Below are positions 11,574-26,500 of a stretch of 64,000 bases of DNA, piece by piece (position 1 is the stretch's first letter; each line of letters begins with the position of its first letter). Location of the stretch: contig NW_025964179.1 in the NCBI RefSeq assembly GCF_023055435.1, positions 558,001-622,000 on the forward strand. Direction: 5' to 3'. This DNA is from Haliotis rufescens (Eukaryota). Made by a program: the position numbers and the translations under genes. Under the pieces are notes generated by a model, which had not been told where the DNA came from, searched no databases, and saw nothing but the letters and a program-made list of their open reading frames with translations.

Positions 11574-14500
11574 GTAAGACAAGCTATTGTGGGGACGCTC
11601 CCTCGTCTTGCTGTGGCTGATCGCCCGACCACACATGTGTAGTTGTTCAGGTACGCATACATTTTATGCAGGTAATGATTCCACTCATTAACAAATCTAT
11701 GTTAATGATATGGAATGATCCTTGTGACTTCCTTCTCGCAACTGACGAAGAACTCTCAACTAATAATATTACAATATCTTTTGCTTCTTAATGGAGAGGG
11801 AAATTTTACTAGTTTTATGTACATGACCAGCGACGTGTGGTAGTGTGTTGTGTATAGAGAGGAGACATTGTTGGGAGATGGTGGACCTTCATATTACCAG
11901 GTATGCACAAACCGTGGACATGATATGTGTTACAGGGTTTATATTGCATTATTTATCTAGCATTTCATTCATTTATCTAATATTTTGCATTACATTTTTA
12001 ACCAGTAGATTTAGGGTATTTCATGTGGATGATGAGTTTACATAAATTTTGGGGTGTGATTGGGGATGTTAAGATCATTTGTTGGAAATTCAATGGTGAT
12101 GTATGAAGTGAATTTTCACTCATATTTTCATCATTATTTAATGTTTTATAAAGCGATTTTACATAATTTAGTAGCCGACTTCCCACAGATATATTTAGAT
12201 GCTAGTGATGTTGACCATCTCAGAATCATATGTTTTGATGGTTTATGCTGAAAGTATTTCTTATTGATTTGAAATCAGGAAGTTAAGACGGATAATGCCA
12301 GTAACTGGTGTTACGACATTCTAGAATTATGGGGATTTGTGTTTTAGCTGTTTGAGGGATGAAATGTTTAAATATTTCTGATTTTGTCAGAATTGTAGTC
12401 ATTCGTTTGTTATTCATAATACTGATATACGAGTGTTTGTATTTTTCTGTAATATGGAATATAATAATATGTTTTAATTAACTTTATGTTTAATTAAATA
12501 GTATCAACACAAGCTGTTATTTTGTAGGTTTTTGTCTGTTTTAGTAAAGGGACTGGTTATATGAGATTTATAGTGTTTTGTTATTGTGATATATCTTATA
12601 CATTTATAATATTACTTTATTAGTTTTTGTTGTTTATCTCTTTGTATCAATAATAACTGTATTATTTGTTGTGATGATTTAATTGCAATTTGAATGAAAA
12701 AATATACAATGGCTATAATTTCTTCTTAACCTTGTCCTACACTCCATAATTTGAATGAAAAGTCGAATTATGGCGTATTTGTTGATTATCTTTTTGTATT
12801 AATAATTACTGTATTTATAGTAGTGACGATTTATTGACAGTTTGAATGTAAATAACTACGATGGCTATAATTTCTTCTTACACTCCATAATATGAATGAC
12901 AAGTTTGTATTGTGTGTTAGATTGTGAAGAACTTGTGGCAATTAAACGCTTCTTCAGAAAGTGTGCACATTTATTCAATGATATGATATTCAAAACAGAC
13001 ACTGCTTTGTTGAACGCTGTTGATGTGTTGACGCGTGGGAGATAGTTCCCCATGTTGAGGTGAGGTGAAATGGGGTTTAGCGTCGCGTCCAAGATTATTG
13101 CACTTATATAGCGACGTGCATGCACGTGTGTGTGTTTGTGTGGCTGCTTGTACTAGTCCGGACTGATGCCGATTTATAGTGCTAGCCCACTGAGATACCA
13201 TGCCGCAGTTGAACATGAATACCCCACTCAGACACAGTATACTGACTCCGAGCCAACCAGTCCTTGTTTTAGCCCCTTAATGCCGAGCGCCAGACAGGGT
13301 AACAACAAGTACCATCTTTTAACGTCTTTTGGTATGAGGCGGCCGGGGATCGAACCCCGGACCTTCCGCTCTCCGGGCGGACGCTCTACAACTAGACCAC
13401 GGAGGCGGTCTCCCCGTGCTGAGACAGGTGCTTGTCGGGGGTGATAGGACAGGACACACTGGGGAGACATGATAACCATATCTTTAGCCTATGCCTTCAT
13501 GTACAGTAAAAGCGGTGTTAAACCCAACTCACTCACTCACTCATGTACAGTATTTCTGTGCATTGAAAATAAAATGGCTAATCTAAACATGTGACACTTC
13601 TGATAAGAAACTCTGAATGTTTTTCCTACGTTTGAATGGGCTCTGATAGTAGGTCACCAGGTCTTCATCCTCATCCTTTAACAAAATGAAATATATATAC
13701 CAGGGAGGTTACAGTCATGTTTCAGCTGAGCCTTTCAAATTGTACTTAATTATTGAGTACAGACTGAGTGAGTGAGTTTGATTTTATGCCACTTTTAGCA
13801 ATATTCCAGCGATATGATCGTGGGGGACACCAGATTGACCTTCCCACATTGTACCCATGTGGGAATATAACGTGTGACAAGCAAACGCTTTAACCACTAG
13901 ACTACCCCACCGCCCCATTTTATACAGATATGTCAACCCCCCCAAAACAGTTAAATGTTGTATTTTACTTTGTCAAATGTTAAGATGTATGCATTTTGAA
14001 CTCATTTTCATATATCTGATTTGACAGCATTGTTGTTTGTTAAATTATAGGGTTTGTATACATTAATGCTCTGCTTAAGGAAAGTGTTTTTGGTTTGAGA
14101 AGTCCTGCTGTACAATGGATCTACCCTTGAGAAATCGTCATCGCTATGTGGCAGTGATATTGCTGACTGAACAATCTTGTCACATGTGATATTTCACCCG
14201 GAAGTTTTATAAAGAAAATCTCAAACAGTGATTATTTACCTGTCCAGTATCAGCTGAGTAGAGTATTTGAACATGGCTCTGTCATCTATAAGACACTGCA
14301 ATTCTTCGTCCTGAGTTACTTCCCTTGTGCATACCAGGAACCTATGCTTATGGGTTCGAATCCCGGTTTGTCATGGATTTCACCAAAGTGGTAACCGTCT
14401 AAGGCCATAACTTTCCTCCACATCAAGCAGACATGCCGTAATTTCACTGGAATACTGTTCAAAGCAGTGTTAAACTCACTCACTCAGTAATGTGAATATT

Positions 14501-17500
14501 AGTGATATTCTGAGAGTGTAGTACAGTGTTATTGATCGTAGTGGCTTATGTCATTGTGTTGCACATGGTAAAGCAGCAGCACGAGTACTGATGAACCAGT
14601 ATTATGGGAGCTGTATGAATTTGCATTAATGAAGTTAGACTATTATATAGATTTGGTGGACTAACATATAATAAACATATGAAATTTGAACAGCTGTTAT
14701 GAGTATTGTGTTAGTATTGACATAAGGTGCTAATGGATGTGAGGATAGTTTTCAATATTGTGAGGCGGGATACATTTTTTGTTTTATGTTTTGTTGTTTT
14801 CAAACAAACTGTGTAAAACGTTTGTGTACATTATACTTTGATGAGTGTGATTCACCTGAAGAATTGTAGGACTAAATATATATTCGCAGTATTAAGTGCC
14901 CCCAGAATTTCTACGCCGATCGGTATGTTCTTGTGTATATTGCAGAGTGTGTATTGAAAACTGCATTGTAGAATAGGTATATAATTAGTTGTCATGTAAC
15001 TGTTATCAAAATCATTTGAGTTTCCTTGATGTTTGAACCAAGTTTGTTCTCTATTGCTCGATCTCTGTCAACAAATTCTACTTGTGTATGGTTTGAATAA
15101 GTGCCCTCCTTGACAGTTTTGTAATAGCTGATGCTGTTTATTACAGTGAATATGGTGTATATAATTATATGGTGCATTTCATCAAGTATTGACAATTTTG
15201 TAATAGCCAGGGGTGTTTATTACAGTGAATATGGTGTATATAATTATATGGGGCATTTCATCAAGTATAGACAATTTTGTAATAGCCAGTGGTGTTTATT
15301 ACAGTGAATATGGTGTATATAATTATATGGTGCATTTCATCAAGTATTGACAATTTTGTAATAGCCAGTGGTGTTTATTACAGTGAATACAGTGTATATA
15401 ATTATATGGTGCAATTCATCAAGTATTGACAATTTTGTAATAGCCAGGGGTGTTTATTACAGTGAATATGGTGTATATAATTATATGGTGCATTTCATCA
15501 AGTATTGACAATTTTGTAATAGCCAGTGGTGTTTATTACAGTGAATACGGTGTATATAATTATATGGTGCAATTCATCAAGTATTGACAATTTTGTAATA
15601 GCCAGTGGTGTTTATTACAGTGAATATGGTGTATATATGGTGTATATAGATGGTGCATATAGATGGTGCATTTAAATCAAGTATAGACAATTTTGTAATA
15701 GCCAGGGGTGTTTATTACAGTGAATATGGTGTATATAGATGGTGCATTTCATCAAGTATAGACAATTTTGTAATAGCCAGTGGTGTTTATTACAGTGAAT
15801 ATGGTGTATATAATTATATGGTGCATCTCATCAAGTATTGACAATTTTGTAATAGCCAGGGGTGTTTATTACAGTGAATATGGTGTATATAGATGGTGCA
15901 TTTTATCAAGTATTGACAATTTTGTAATAGCCAGGGGTGTTTATTACAGTGAATACAGTGTATATAATTATATGGTGCATTTTATCAAGTATAGTAAGAA
16001 GGAACACATTGATTTGGGATGATAAAATAATGTGAGGTGGAGTGTTTGGTAGTGAACATTTGATGATAAACTTATCATGGCCTCATGTGAATATATTTTG
16101 TCAATATTAACAGATGTTGTATGGAAAGTGTTGTATTTTAATGTGACAGACGTATTTCCGTCATTCGATAATGACACTTATGACAGCTGTGTGGTAGTGT
16201 AGTTGATTAATTAACAATATTTTTTAATGTGTCAAGTAGGGCTGGGACGAGTCCAAATTTACTACCCGGGTACCCACTGCAGGTCTCAAGAGTTGGGGAC
16301 TAGTTTTATCGAAGCCCCAAAACTATTTAGATACATGTATCAAACGATCAGATCATGCGTACACTGAAGTTGACTGAAGCTTTATCTTTACTCAAACATA
16401 TACACGTCAAAAGGAATGTGTGCATCGCCAGAAAGAAATGCGAACATTAGCGACTTGTAGTGTAACCACTGAGCTACAGTGAGTTTTTGTCATTAAACAA
16501 TATGTCACGTGATTAACCACGGGTCCGGTTAGTCCTGTGGATACCCGGTTCCAAATCAGGACCCACCTGACCCGAGGACCTGAGTTACCCATCCCAGCCC
16601 TAGTGTCAGGTAATATTGTGTTGTTTAGAAACATATTAATGAGGTCAAATATAGGAACGAACATTTCCTCTTCTGAAGCATGCTGCCAATTCCACAGCAT
16701 GTATTTTTTCGATGGGTTGGTGATGGATGGTGGTTGGGGTTATAATTAAAAAACAAATACATATTTGCATTCATTTGGCATGCCCAATACCTGTAATAGT
16801 GGGCCTGACTGCCCGACTGGCCCCTATTATGTCTCTCGGTCTGTCAGCACCAGGTGATGGCTGGTCTTGAGGGTTTCACCGTAGTGGTAAACGGCTAAGA
16901 CCTGCTTCACTAGAGGTTTCCCCCCACCCCACCCCACACACCTCAACTTGACACGCTGTGACATCACTGAAATACTGTTCAGAGCAGGGTAAAGCACAAC
17001 TTACTTACACAATCACTCACTCTCAAGGCCAAAATGTTTTTTTGTCCCTGTGCCAAGAGGCAGGCAGTAAAGTAAGTTATAAGGTATTTTTAAAAAAAAG
17101 CTGTAAACTTAAAGAACAAAATAACAGAAAATTTTGGGTACAAAAAGTTCATTAACTTTATATATATTTTTTAACTTTTTCCCAAATTAGACTTTTTTGG
17201 GTAAAACATTTAAATTGGTTTGGCCTAAAAAAATGTAAGACAGCAAAAAATGTCTGCCAAAAGACCACCAATATGTAAATTTTAATACATCCCCCAAACA
17301 ACTGACATTAGATTCTTTACTCCAAGCAAAAAATGTCTTGAAACATTCAGAAGTTGTATCTTCTTGAAAATTGTAATTTCCCTGCAAGAAAAGAATGATT
17401 TAGAAAAACATCCTTCTAACGCGCTTCTCTTGTGACAAAGTCGAAACCACTTACAAACCTAAAACAACAGATGATTTTTTGACTTGCAGAGTATTTCTGG

Positions 17501-20500
17501 CTGGCAGACGTATTATGCAACTGTGAGCAATCTTGTCTTTGCCCCAGGAAAATCTTGTGCACATTTATTGTGATTTTTTAGCACATTTCCATAGAAATTC
17601 TATCATCTGTCACAAGGGTCAATTTCAGTGACTCTAAATTTGTGAAATTTACATAACGTTGATCATAGCTCAAATCTTCAGGACTCCTGAGAAACAGTCG
17701 TTAGGATTGATTGATTTATCGAAGAAATTGTGAATGTGGTAACGGTTTTCTTTTCTTTAATCTTGCATGATTTGAAATAGAATTATGATAATAATTCTTT
17801 AAAAGGTGTCAATCGAACTGTACTGAGTTGTGTCCCTTTGTTCTTCCAGGATCCACTGGTTTGCCGGTTTGAATCTCAGATTCGCCCAGATGCTTATCCT
17901 GGGTTTGTGGTACTAATTTTGATCATTCTTTCAGTCACTGAATTGCCTGGTCCAGAGCCAATTATTTTCAGGCCTCAGTAATAATGTTTATATGCAGCAG
18001 AGTGGGATGTTACCCGTCATTCACTGGCTCCTTGGGGTAGAATGTTCATACAAGTAAGCTTGGTGTAGAATGTTCATACAAGTAAGCTTGGGGTAGAATG
18101 TTCATACAAGTAAGCTTGGGGTAGAATGTTCATACAAGTAAGCTTGGGGTAGAATGTTCATACAAGTAAGCTTGGAGCAGAATGTTCATACAAGTAAGCT
18201 TGGGGTAGAATGTTCATACAAGTAAGCTTGGGGTAGAATGTTCATACAAGTAAGCTTGGGGTAGAATGTTCATACATGTAAGCTTGGAGCAGAATGTTCA
18301 TACAAGTAAGCTTGGGGTAGAATGTTCATACAAGTAAGCTTGGGGTAGAATGTTCATACAAGTAAGCTTGGAGCAGAATGTTCATACAAGTAAACTTGGA
18401 GTAGAATGTTCATACAAGTAAGCTTGGAGCAGAATGTTCATACAAGTAAGCTTGGGGTAGAATGTTCATACAATAGTTGTTTGCAGAATAGTTGTTCAAC
18501 TAGACTTGGGGCAGAATAATAAAACAAGTAAGCTTGGGCCAGAGTATTCATTCAAGTACTTGTAAGCTTGGGCCAGATCATCATACAAGTAAGCTAGGGG
18601 CCGAATATTCGAACAAGTAGGCCCTGTGCAGCTTGTCTTGTCTGCATCTTCACCGCCAACAAGTAGACCCCGCGCAGCATGTCTTGTGCGCATCTTCACT
18701 GCCAACAAGTAGGCCCCGCGCAGCATGTCTTGTCTGCATCTTCACTGCCAACAAGTAGGCCCCGCGCAGCATGTCTTGTCTGCATCTTCACCGCCAACAA
18801 GTAGACCCCACGCAGCATGTCTTGTCTGCATCTTCACCGCCAACAAGTAGACCCCGCGCAGCATGTCTTGTCTGCATCTTCACCGCCAACAAGTAGGCCC
18901 CGCGCAGCATGTCTTGTCTGCATCTTCACCGCCAACAAGTAGGCCCCGCGCAGCATGTCTTGTCTGCATCTTCACCGCCAACAAGTAGGCCCCGCGCAGC
19001 ATGTCTTGTCTGCATCTTCACCGCCAACAAGTAGGCCCCGCGCAGCATGTCTTGTCTGCATCTTCACTGCCAACAAGTAGACCCTGCGCAGCATGTCTTG
19101 TCTGCATCTTCACCGCCAACAAGTAGACCCCGCGCAGCATGTCTTGTCTGCATCTTCACCGCCAACAAGTAGGCCCCGCGCAGCATGTCTTGTCTGCATC
19201 TTCACCGCCAACAAGTAGGCCCCGCGCAGCATGTCTTGTCTGCATCTTCACCGCCAACAAGTAGGCCCCGCGCAGCATGTCTTGTCTGCATCTTCACCGC
19301 CAACAAGTAGGCCCCGCGCAGCATGTCTTGTCTGCATCTTCACCGCCAACAAGTAGGCCCCGCGCAGCATGTCTTGTCTGCATCTTCACCGCCAACAAGT
19401 AGGCCCCGCGCAGCATGTCTTGTCTGCATCTTCACCGCCAACAAGTAGGCCCCACGCAGCATGTCTTGTCTGCATCTTCACCGCCAACAAGTGGACAAAC
19501 AGCAACAGTCCCCCATTTGCATGTTCATGAAATTCCTACACACGTCGGCCATTATCGATTGAGGAGGAACCCAGGTCTCTGGGAACCCAAATTGAATCTT
19601 CTCAACATTGCGGTATTGATCGGCGGCAGTAAAAACTACACTGACAGGGCTAGCTTCTCAGAGCCATGGTTGAAATGAGGTCATGCTTGTTTCTGTGTGT
19701 CTATTGACAGTGCTTAATGTCTGTATCATATTTTACAAGTATTGTGTAACATTGGCATATTACGTTTCCATGACTTCTTTCTAGTATTTCTGTGACTATT
19801 TATAGAGGAGGTCTTTCTCAAGGACAGTAACTTGATTTAAAGGCGGCAAATAAATGTTTGAGAGCAACGGATGCGTGATAAATGATACAATTGTTTTCTG
19901 TGTTGTACATTCATATCAGAACCATGACAGGTCTGTACGACATATGTAAGGATACACTTTTGTCATGATTTGATAAAAATAAAACAGTTCCTTCATTGTG
20001 TTATAACTCAAATTTATTTATAGGGCCATTTTAATTTGTTGTTGTACAGATTGTCTTGCCCAAAAGACTTGAGTCAAATTAAAGACGAAAAAATAATATA
20101 TTTGATGTTAATTTCCTAAAACTAACTGTGAAATAATCTTTATGACAAAATGTAGGGGATGTAGGGCTGCACAGATGTACTGATGTACTAGGGATGCAAG
20201 TCTACAATTCATCTTGTAGTGAGTGAGTGAGTGAGTGAGTTGGGTTTAATGCCACTTTTAACATTATTCCAGTTATATCACGGCGTGTCAGCTTAATGTT
20301 GAGGAAAAGCCTGAAGTGATGCAGGTCTCGAATGTTTACCACATCGGTGAAACCCACGAGCACGGGTATGGTGCTGGCAAACTTAGGAACATAATCAGGA
20401 CGAACCGGGATTCAAACCCACAATCATAGGTTTCTGGCGTGTCCAAGCGACACAACTCTGTTCAGCAAATTGCGGCACCTTAGACGACTGGGCCACCCGT

Positions 20501-23500
20501 GCCCCGAGTAGTGGGTAGAGAGTCTGCCAGGCAAGAGGAAGGTCAGTTGTTCAGACCCTGAAGATGTTTCATACCAGAAGATGGTACTTGTTGTTACCCA
20601 GCCTGGTGCTTGGCATTAAGGGGATAATACAAGGACTGGTGTCAGTACAATGTGTCTGAGTGGGGTATCCATGTTGAACTGCGGCATGGTAAGTCAGTGG
20701 ACCAGCACTAGTCCGAAGTAGTACAAACAGCCACACACACATGTTCATGCTCATAGCTACACATGTGCGATAATCCTTGAACGTGACTTTATGCCCCATT
20801 TCACATCACGTCACATCATGAAACAGCTAGACGTCAAGGTGTATGTAGTCAGTTCAACTATCAACACCTTGACGATTTCACTGTCAGAATAGTATTTTAG
20901 AATTAATTTCCATTGGCTTGTCTGGTCCAGACTTGATCCTTTACATGCCACTGTCATATACCACTAAAAACATTACGGACCACCCAATTCTTTCATATTA
21001 CTATAGTTAATCTGTCATGTCAATTTTTTTAGTAGTATATAACTAGAACATTGCTGAGTGCTTAAAGTTGTATGTTAATCACTGAATTACAGAATCAGAG
21101 GGTAAATTGATGTAAAATTTGACTATTTACAGTATTTCTAAAGATTTCTTATTTTTGGATGGCTATTTTCAGCACTGAGGGGATAATTAATTTTTCATCA
21201 CATTCATGAAACAATACTGTTGTTGAAACATGGGGTATGTTTTCAGACAATTTCCACTTTGACCTTTAAACTTAACTTAAAATGTCTGTGACGTATATAC
21301 AAGCAGATAAGGCCATGCGTCCTTTGAGGCTGAGGGGGAGACATCAAAAGCAGTTCTTCAAATGCTAATTTCATATGTGGTGCTTGGCAATTTGGTATCA
21401 TCCTCAAATTTCTGATTTGAAAGAAGTCTTTTCAGTGTGGTTTGGTTTCTTGGAAATGTCAGCTGGTGCTGTTGGAGAGATGAAGATACTTATGTGAACT
21501 GAGAACTCTCACTTGTGTGATACAGTGTCATAGCCCACGTCTGTCTGATTCAGAACCCTCAGTTGTGATACAGTGTCATAGCCCACATCTATCAGATTCA
21601 GAACCCTCAGTTGTGATACAGTGTCATAGCCCACATCTATCAGATTCAGAACCCTCAGTAGTGATACAGTGTCATAGCCCACATCTATCAGATTCAGAAC
21701 CCTCAGTTGTGATACAGTGTCATAGCCCACGTCTGTCTGATTCAGAACCCTCAGTTGTGATACAGTGTCATAGCCCACATCTATCAGATTCAGAACCCTC
21801 AGTTGTGATACAGTGTCATAGCCCACATCTGTCAGATTCAGAACCCTCAGTAGTGATACAGTGTCATAGCCCACGTCTATCAGATTCAGAACCCTCAGTA
21901 GTGATACAGTGTCATAGCCCACGTCTGTCTGATTCAGAACCCTCAGTAGTGATACAGTGTCATAGCCCACGTCTACCAGATTCAGAACCCTCAGTAGTGA
22001 TACAGTGTCATAGCCCATGTCTGTCTGATTCAGAACCCTCAGTTGTGATACAGTGTCATAGCCCACGTCTACCAGATTCAGAACCCTCAGTAGTGATACA
22101 GTGTCATAGCCCACGTCTGTCTGATTCAGAACCCTCAGTTGTGATACAGTGTCATAGCCCACATCTATCAGATTCAGAATCCTCAGTTGTGATACAGTGT
22201 CATAGCCCACGTCTACCAGATTCAGAACCCTCAGTAGTGATACAGTGTCATAGCCCACGTCTGTCTGATTCAGAACCCTCAGTTGTGATACAGTGTCATA
22301 GCCCACGTCTACCAGATTCAGAACCCTCAGTTGTGATACAGTGTCATAGCCCACATCTGTCAGATTCAGAACCCTCAGTTGTGATACAGTGTCATAGCCC
22401 ACATCTGTCAGATTCAGAACCCTCAGTACTGATACAGTGTCATAGCCCACATCTATCAGATTCAGAACCCTCAGTTGTGATACAGTGTCATAGCCCACAT
22501 CTATCAGATTCAGAACCCTCAGTAGTGATACAGTGTCATAGCCCACGTCTACCAGATTCAGAACCCTCAGTTGTGATACAGTGTCATAGCCCACGTCTGT
22601 CTGATTCAGAACCCTCAGTTGTGATACAGTGTCATAGCCCACATCTATCAGATTCAGAACCCTCAGTTGTGATACAGTGTCATAGCCCACATCTGTCAGA
22701 TTCAGAACCCTCAGTAGTGATACAGTGTCATAGCCCACGTCTATCAGATTCAGAACCCTCAGTAGTGATACAGTGTCATAGCCCACGTCTGTCTGATTCA
22801 GAACCCTCAGTAGTGATACAGTGTCATAGCCCACGTCTACCAGATTCAGAACCCTCAGTAGTGATACAGTGTCATAGCCCATGTCTGTCTGATTCAGAAC
22901 CCTCAGTTGTGATACAGTGTCATAGCCCACGTCTACCAGATTCAGAACCCTCAGTAGTGATACAGTGTCATAGCCCACGTCTGTCTGATTCAGAACCCTC
23001 AGTTGTGATACAGTGTCATAGCCCACATCTATCAGATTCAGAACCCTCAGTTGTGATACAGTGTCATAGCCCACGTCTACCAGATTCAGAACCCTCAGTA
23101 GTGATACAGTGTCATAGCCCACGTCTGTCTGATTCAGAACCCTCAGTTGTGATACAGTGTCATAGCCCACGTCTACCAGATTCAGAACCCTCAGTTGTGA
23201 TACAGTGTCATAGCCCACGTCTACCAGATTCAGAACCCTCAGTTGTGATACAGTGTCATAGCCCACGTCTACCAGTTTCAGAACCCTCAGTTGTGATACA
23301 GTGTCATAGCCCACGTCTGTCAGATTCAGAACCCTCAGTAGTGATACAGTGTCATAGCCCACGTCTATCAGATTCAGAACCCTCAGTAGTGATACAGTGT
23401 CATAGCCCACGTCTGTCTGATTCAGAACCCTCAGTAGTGATACAGTGTCATAGCCCACGTCTACCAGATTCAGAACCCTCAGTTGTGATACAGTGTCATA

Positions 23501-26500
23501 GCCCACGTCTACCAGATTCAGAACCCTCAGTTGTGATACAGTGTCATAGCCCACGTCTATCAGATTCAGAACCCTCAGTTGTGATACAGTGTCATAGCCC
23601 ACGTCTATCAGATTCAGACAAACAGTTTCAAGACATTCCAATGTGTTTACTTCTTTTATATCAATGGCATTGAATTAAGCTTCTAGCAAAATATGTCCTT
23701 ATTAGAATTTCAAAAGATGGAAGCCCGGTTGTTTTATCCTGTCAGACACTTTTCATTTTCTAAGATCAATACATCTTCCCAACAGAACGCACTAGATTTA
23801 GACGTCTGAATATGTCTGCCAGAAGTTTTGATCAGAATGCATTCATCTTCTTTAATTACTTATGGCGGGACCGATAAGATGGATATCTATTTTATGTTGA
23901 GGAAAGAAATTAGGTTTCCTACAAAGGAATTGTCTGATTGTCATTAGTGGGTCTTTTGAAGGGTTTTGTGCTGAAAAGCTGTAGAGAAAATTAAATGTGT
24001 TTTTGCACGATAGGAGATTAATGTGGCGTAAAACTGTTTGAATAAAATAGTGTGTTGAGTGTGTCAGTTAGATTCTGGCTGACTTGCCCTGATAAATAAA
24101 CTTAGGTACTGTGTAGATGAATCTAACACTTTGGTTTCCTAGGGACTGAAAATCATTTTCTCACAGGCTGAGTGTCTGAATCTAATAATCTATTACTGGT
24201 TATTAAGTCAATCAATCATCAAAATTTAATAGGGGTTGGTTTGGTGTTTTAAGTGTCATGATCAAATGCTAAGGAACCATAATGTATTTCATCTTGTTTA
24301 GGATCAGATCACCATGCAGCTATTCATTTTATGTTTACATTAATAATGTGAAAAATTCGGTTGTGTTTGCTTTTCTAAAAATTCCATGTCTTCTTTGTTT
24401 ACAAAATGAAAAAAATAGTTGTATATGGTTAAAAAAACTATATTATGCTTGTTATGTTATTTTGAGGCATGGTGAAATGGATTATGTTTATAACAGACAG
24501 TCTTGTTTTGTTTGATTGTTGTGTTATGCCACACTCAGCAGTATTCCAGCTATATGATGGATGTCTGTGAGGTGTCGAGTCTGGATCAGACAATCCAGTG
24601 ATTAACATCATGAGCATCGATCCACGCATTTGTGATACAATGAAATGCATCCACCAAATCAGCAAGCCTGACCACCTGATCCTGTAAGTCACCTCTTGGG
24701 ACAAGCATGGGTTCCTGAAGGTCGGATTTTGAATGGTCAGAAAGTCTTTGTAGATGCAGAAGTAAAGTCAGGCTAGATTTCTTTGCGTTTATGGATTTTA
24801 TTACTGAATTGTTTTGTTGAAAGGTTGAAATACAAATAAATATTAAAATGCTTTCAACATTAATCAGATGTTGAACAAAAACAAAACATAAGGTGATTTG
24901 ATATTTAATGGGGTGGGTAGGTGGAAATAAACAACATACTGACTCACTTTTTCTGGTCCTTTAAATAGCAACTTAAATTTGACTTTTTGAATATCTGAAT
25001 TGTTTCTGTTTTGTATTGACAAATTGACAAAAGACAGTGGTTTACTATAGCATTCCAGTCAATGACAAAAACGTGGAGATTATTTTTATTATCAAAACAA
25101 TGTAAAAACATTTCGATTTATTTTTTGGGCCAGTATTCAATTTTAAGACTGGTGGATTCGTAAAGAAAGTGTGAAAATGTGAGGCATCATGTGTAAAGTT
25201 CGTAGCTATGGAGCAGAATTATACCAGAATAGTTTAGTAGTTTTTTCAAGTCCTTGTGTTCTTAAACTATTGTGTTTTGAGCTGTTGTATAATTTGATAG
25301 TGTAGGTCTCTGGTTGAGTGTCCTACAGAATTGAAATGTTTGGCGACAGGTTTGTCCCTTTGGTGGTTTATATCTGCAAAGTGTTCTTTGGGTCTTAAAG
25401 GTTTGTCAGCATCATACCCTTGCTCATGGGTTTCACCAAAGTGGTAGACGTCTGGGACCTGCATCACTTCGGACTTTCCTCCCACATTAAGCTGACATGC
25501 CATGATATAACTGGAATATTGTTAAAAGCGGCATTAAACCCAACTCACTCACTCCTCCTCTGTCCCATACCGTCCCCCTCTCCTTATCCCCCCCACCCCT
25601 CATCCTCCCCCACCCCTCATCCTCCTCTACCCCTCATCCTCCCCCAGATTGCGGTCCTTTAATGATGTAAGCATGCCACCTGTTACCCCACAGGCCATGT
25701 TGTTAGAGGTTGATGCTGTACAAAGCTGTAACATTGCCACTCACCATTGTCCCATTATGTCAGAATTTCCCTCCTATTCATTAGAATTTGATTATTCTGT
25801 CAGGTGAAAAATAATACATTTTGGGGTATCATATTTCTATTGTTACATACATTACCTTTGATTGTGATTCTATGGGCTAGTTTGTCTAAATAGAAAAATC
25901 AATGCTTTAACACGTTATAATGTAAAATGAGGCATTTTGTGAATCAATAGGGAATGTACAGTGGCACTGTCATGAACCTGATGGGACTGATACATCTGGC
26001 TTAAAGGGACATTCGAGAATTGTAGGTTAAATCTTGAGATAAATTCTAATTGACAGAGTATCTGTTAGAGTCCATCACCTCTTGATGAACAAGATATGTT
26101 GTACCACATACACGATCCGAAGTACTTCATGAAAAGCGTTAAGTGAATCACCTGAGATATTGCACCCAAATGGGAAACTTGATGCCACAGGATAAAATCT
26201 ATCATTATTCATAGCCCTTTTATGATCACTAAATCCAGTTTAAGAAGGGCCCAGACATTTCCCCACAGGACTAGTCCTAACATGGACATTTCCACACAGG
26301 ACATATCCCCACAGGACATATCCCCACAGGACATATCCCCACAGGACATATTCCCACAGGACATATCCCCACAGGACATATCCCCACAGGACATATCCCC
26401 ACAGGACATATCCACACAGGACATACTCACACAGGACATATCCCCACAGGACATATCCACACAGGACACACTCACACAGGACATATCCACACAGGACATA

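Noticed and set aside
18030-19492. CRISPR-like regular repeats
   Set aside because: Units are head-to-tail with no unique spacers, there are no cas genes, and the context is eukaryotic.
9671-19525. Octamer ATTTGCAT sites as POU autoregulatory elements (~9671, 14619, 16763, 19515)
   Set aside because: A handful of matches is about what chance predicts in 64 kb of AT-rich DNA, and they are not clustered.
21509-23673. 710 aa and 718 aa ORFs on opposite strands
   Set aside because: In-frame read-through of a 48-bp tandem repeat. Open on both strands, confined to the array, no unique domain.
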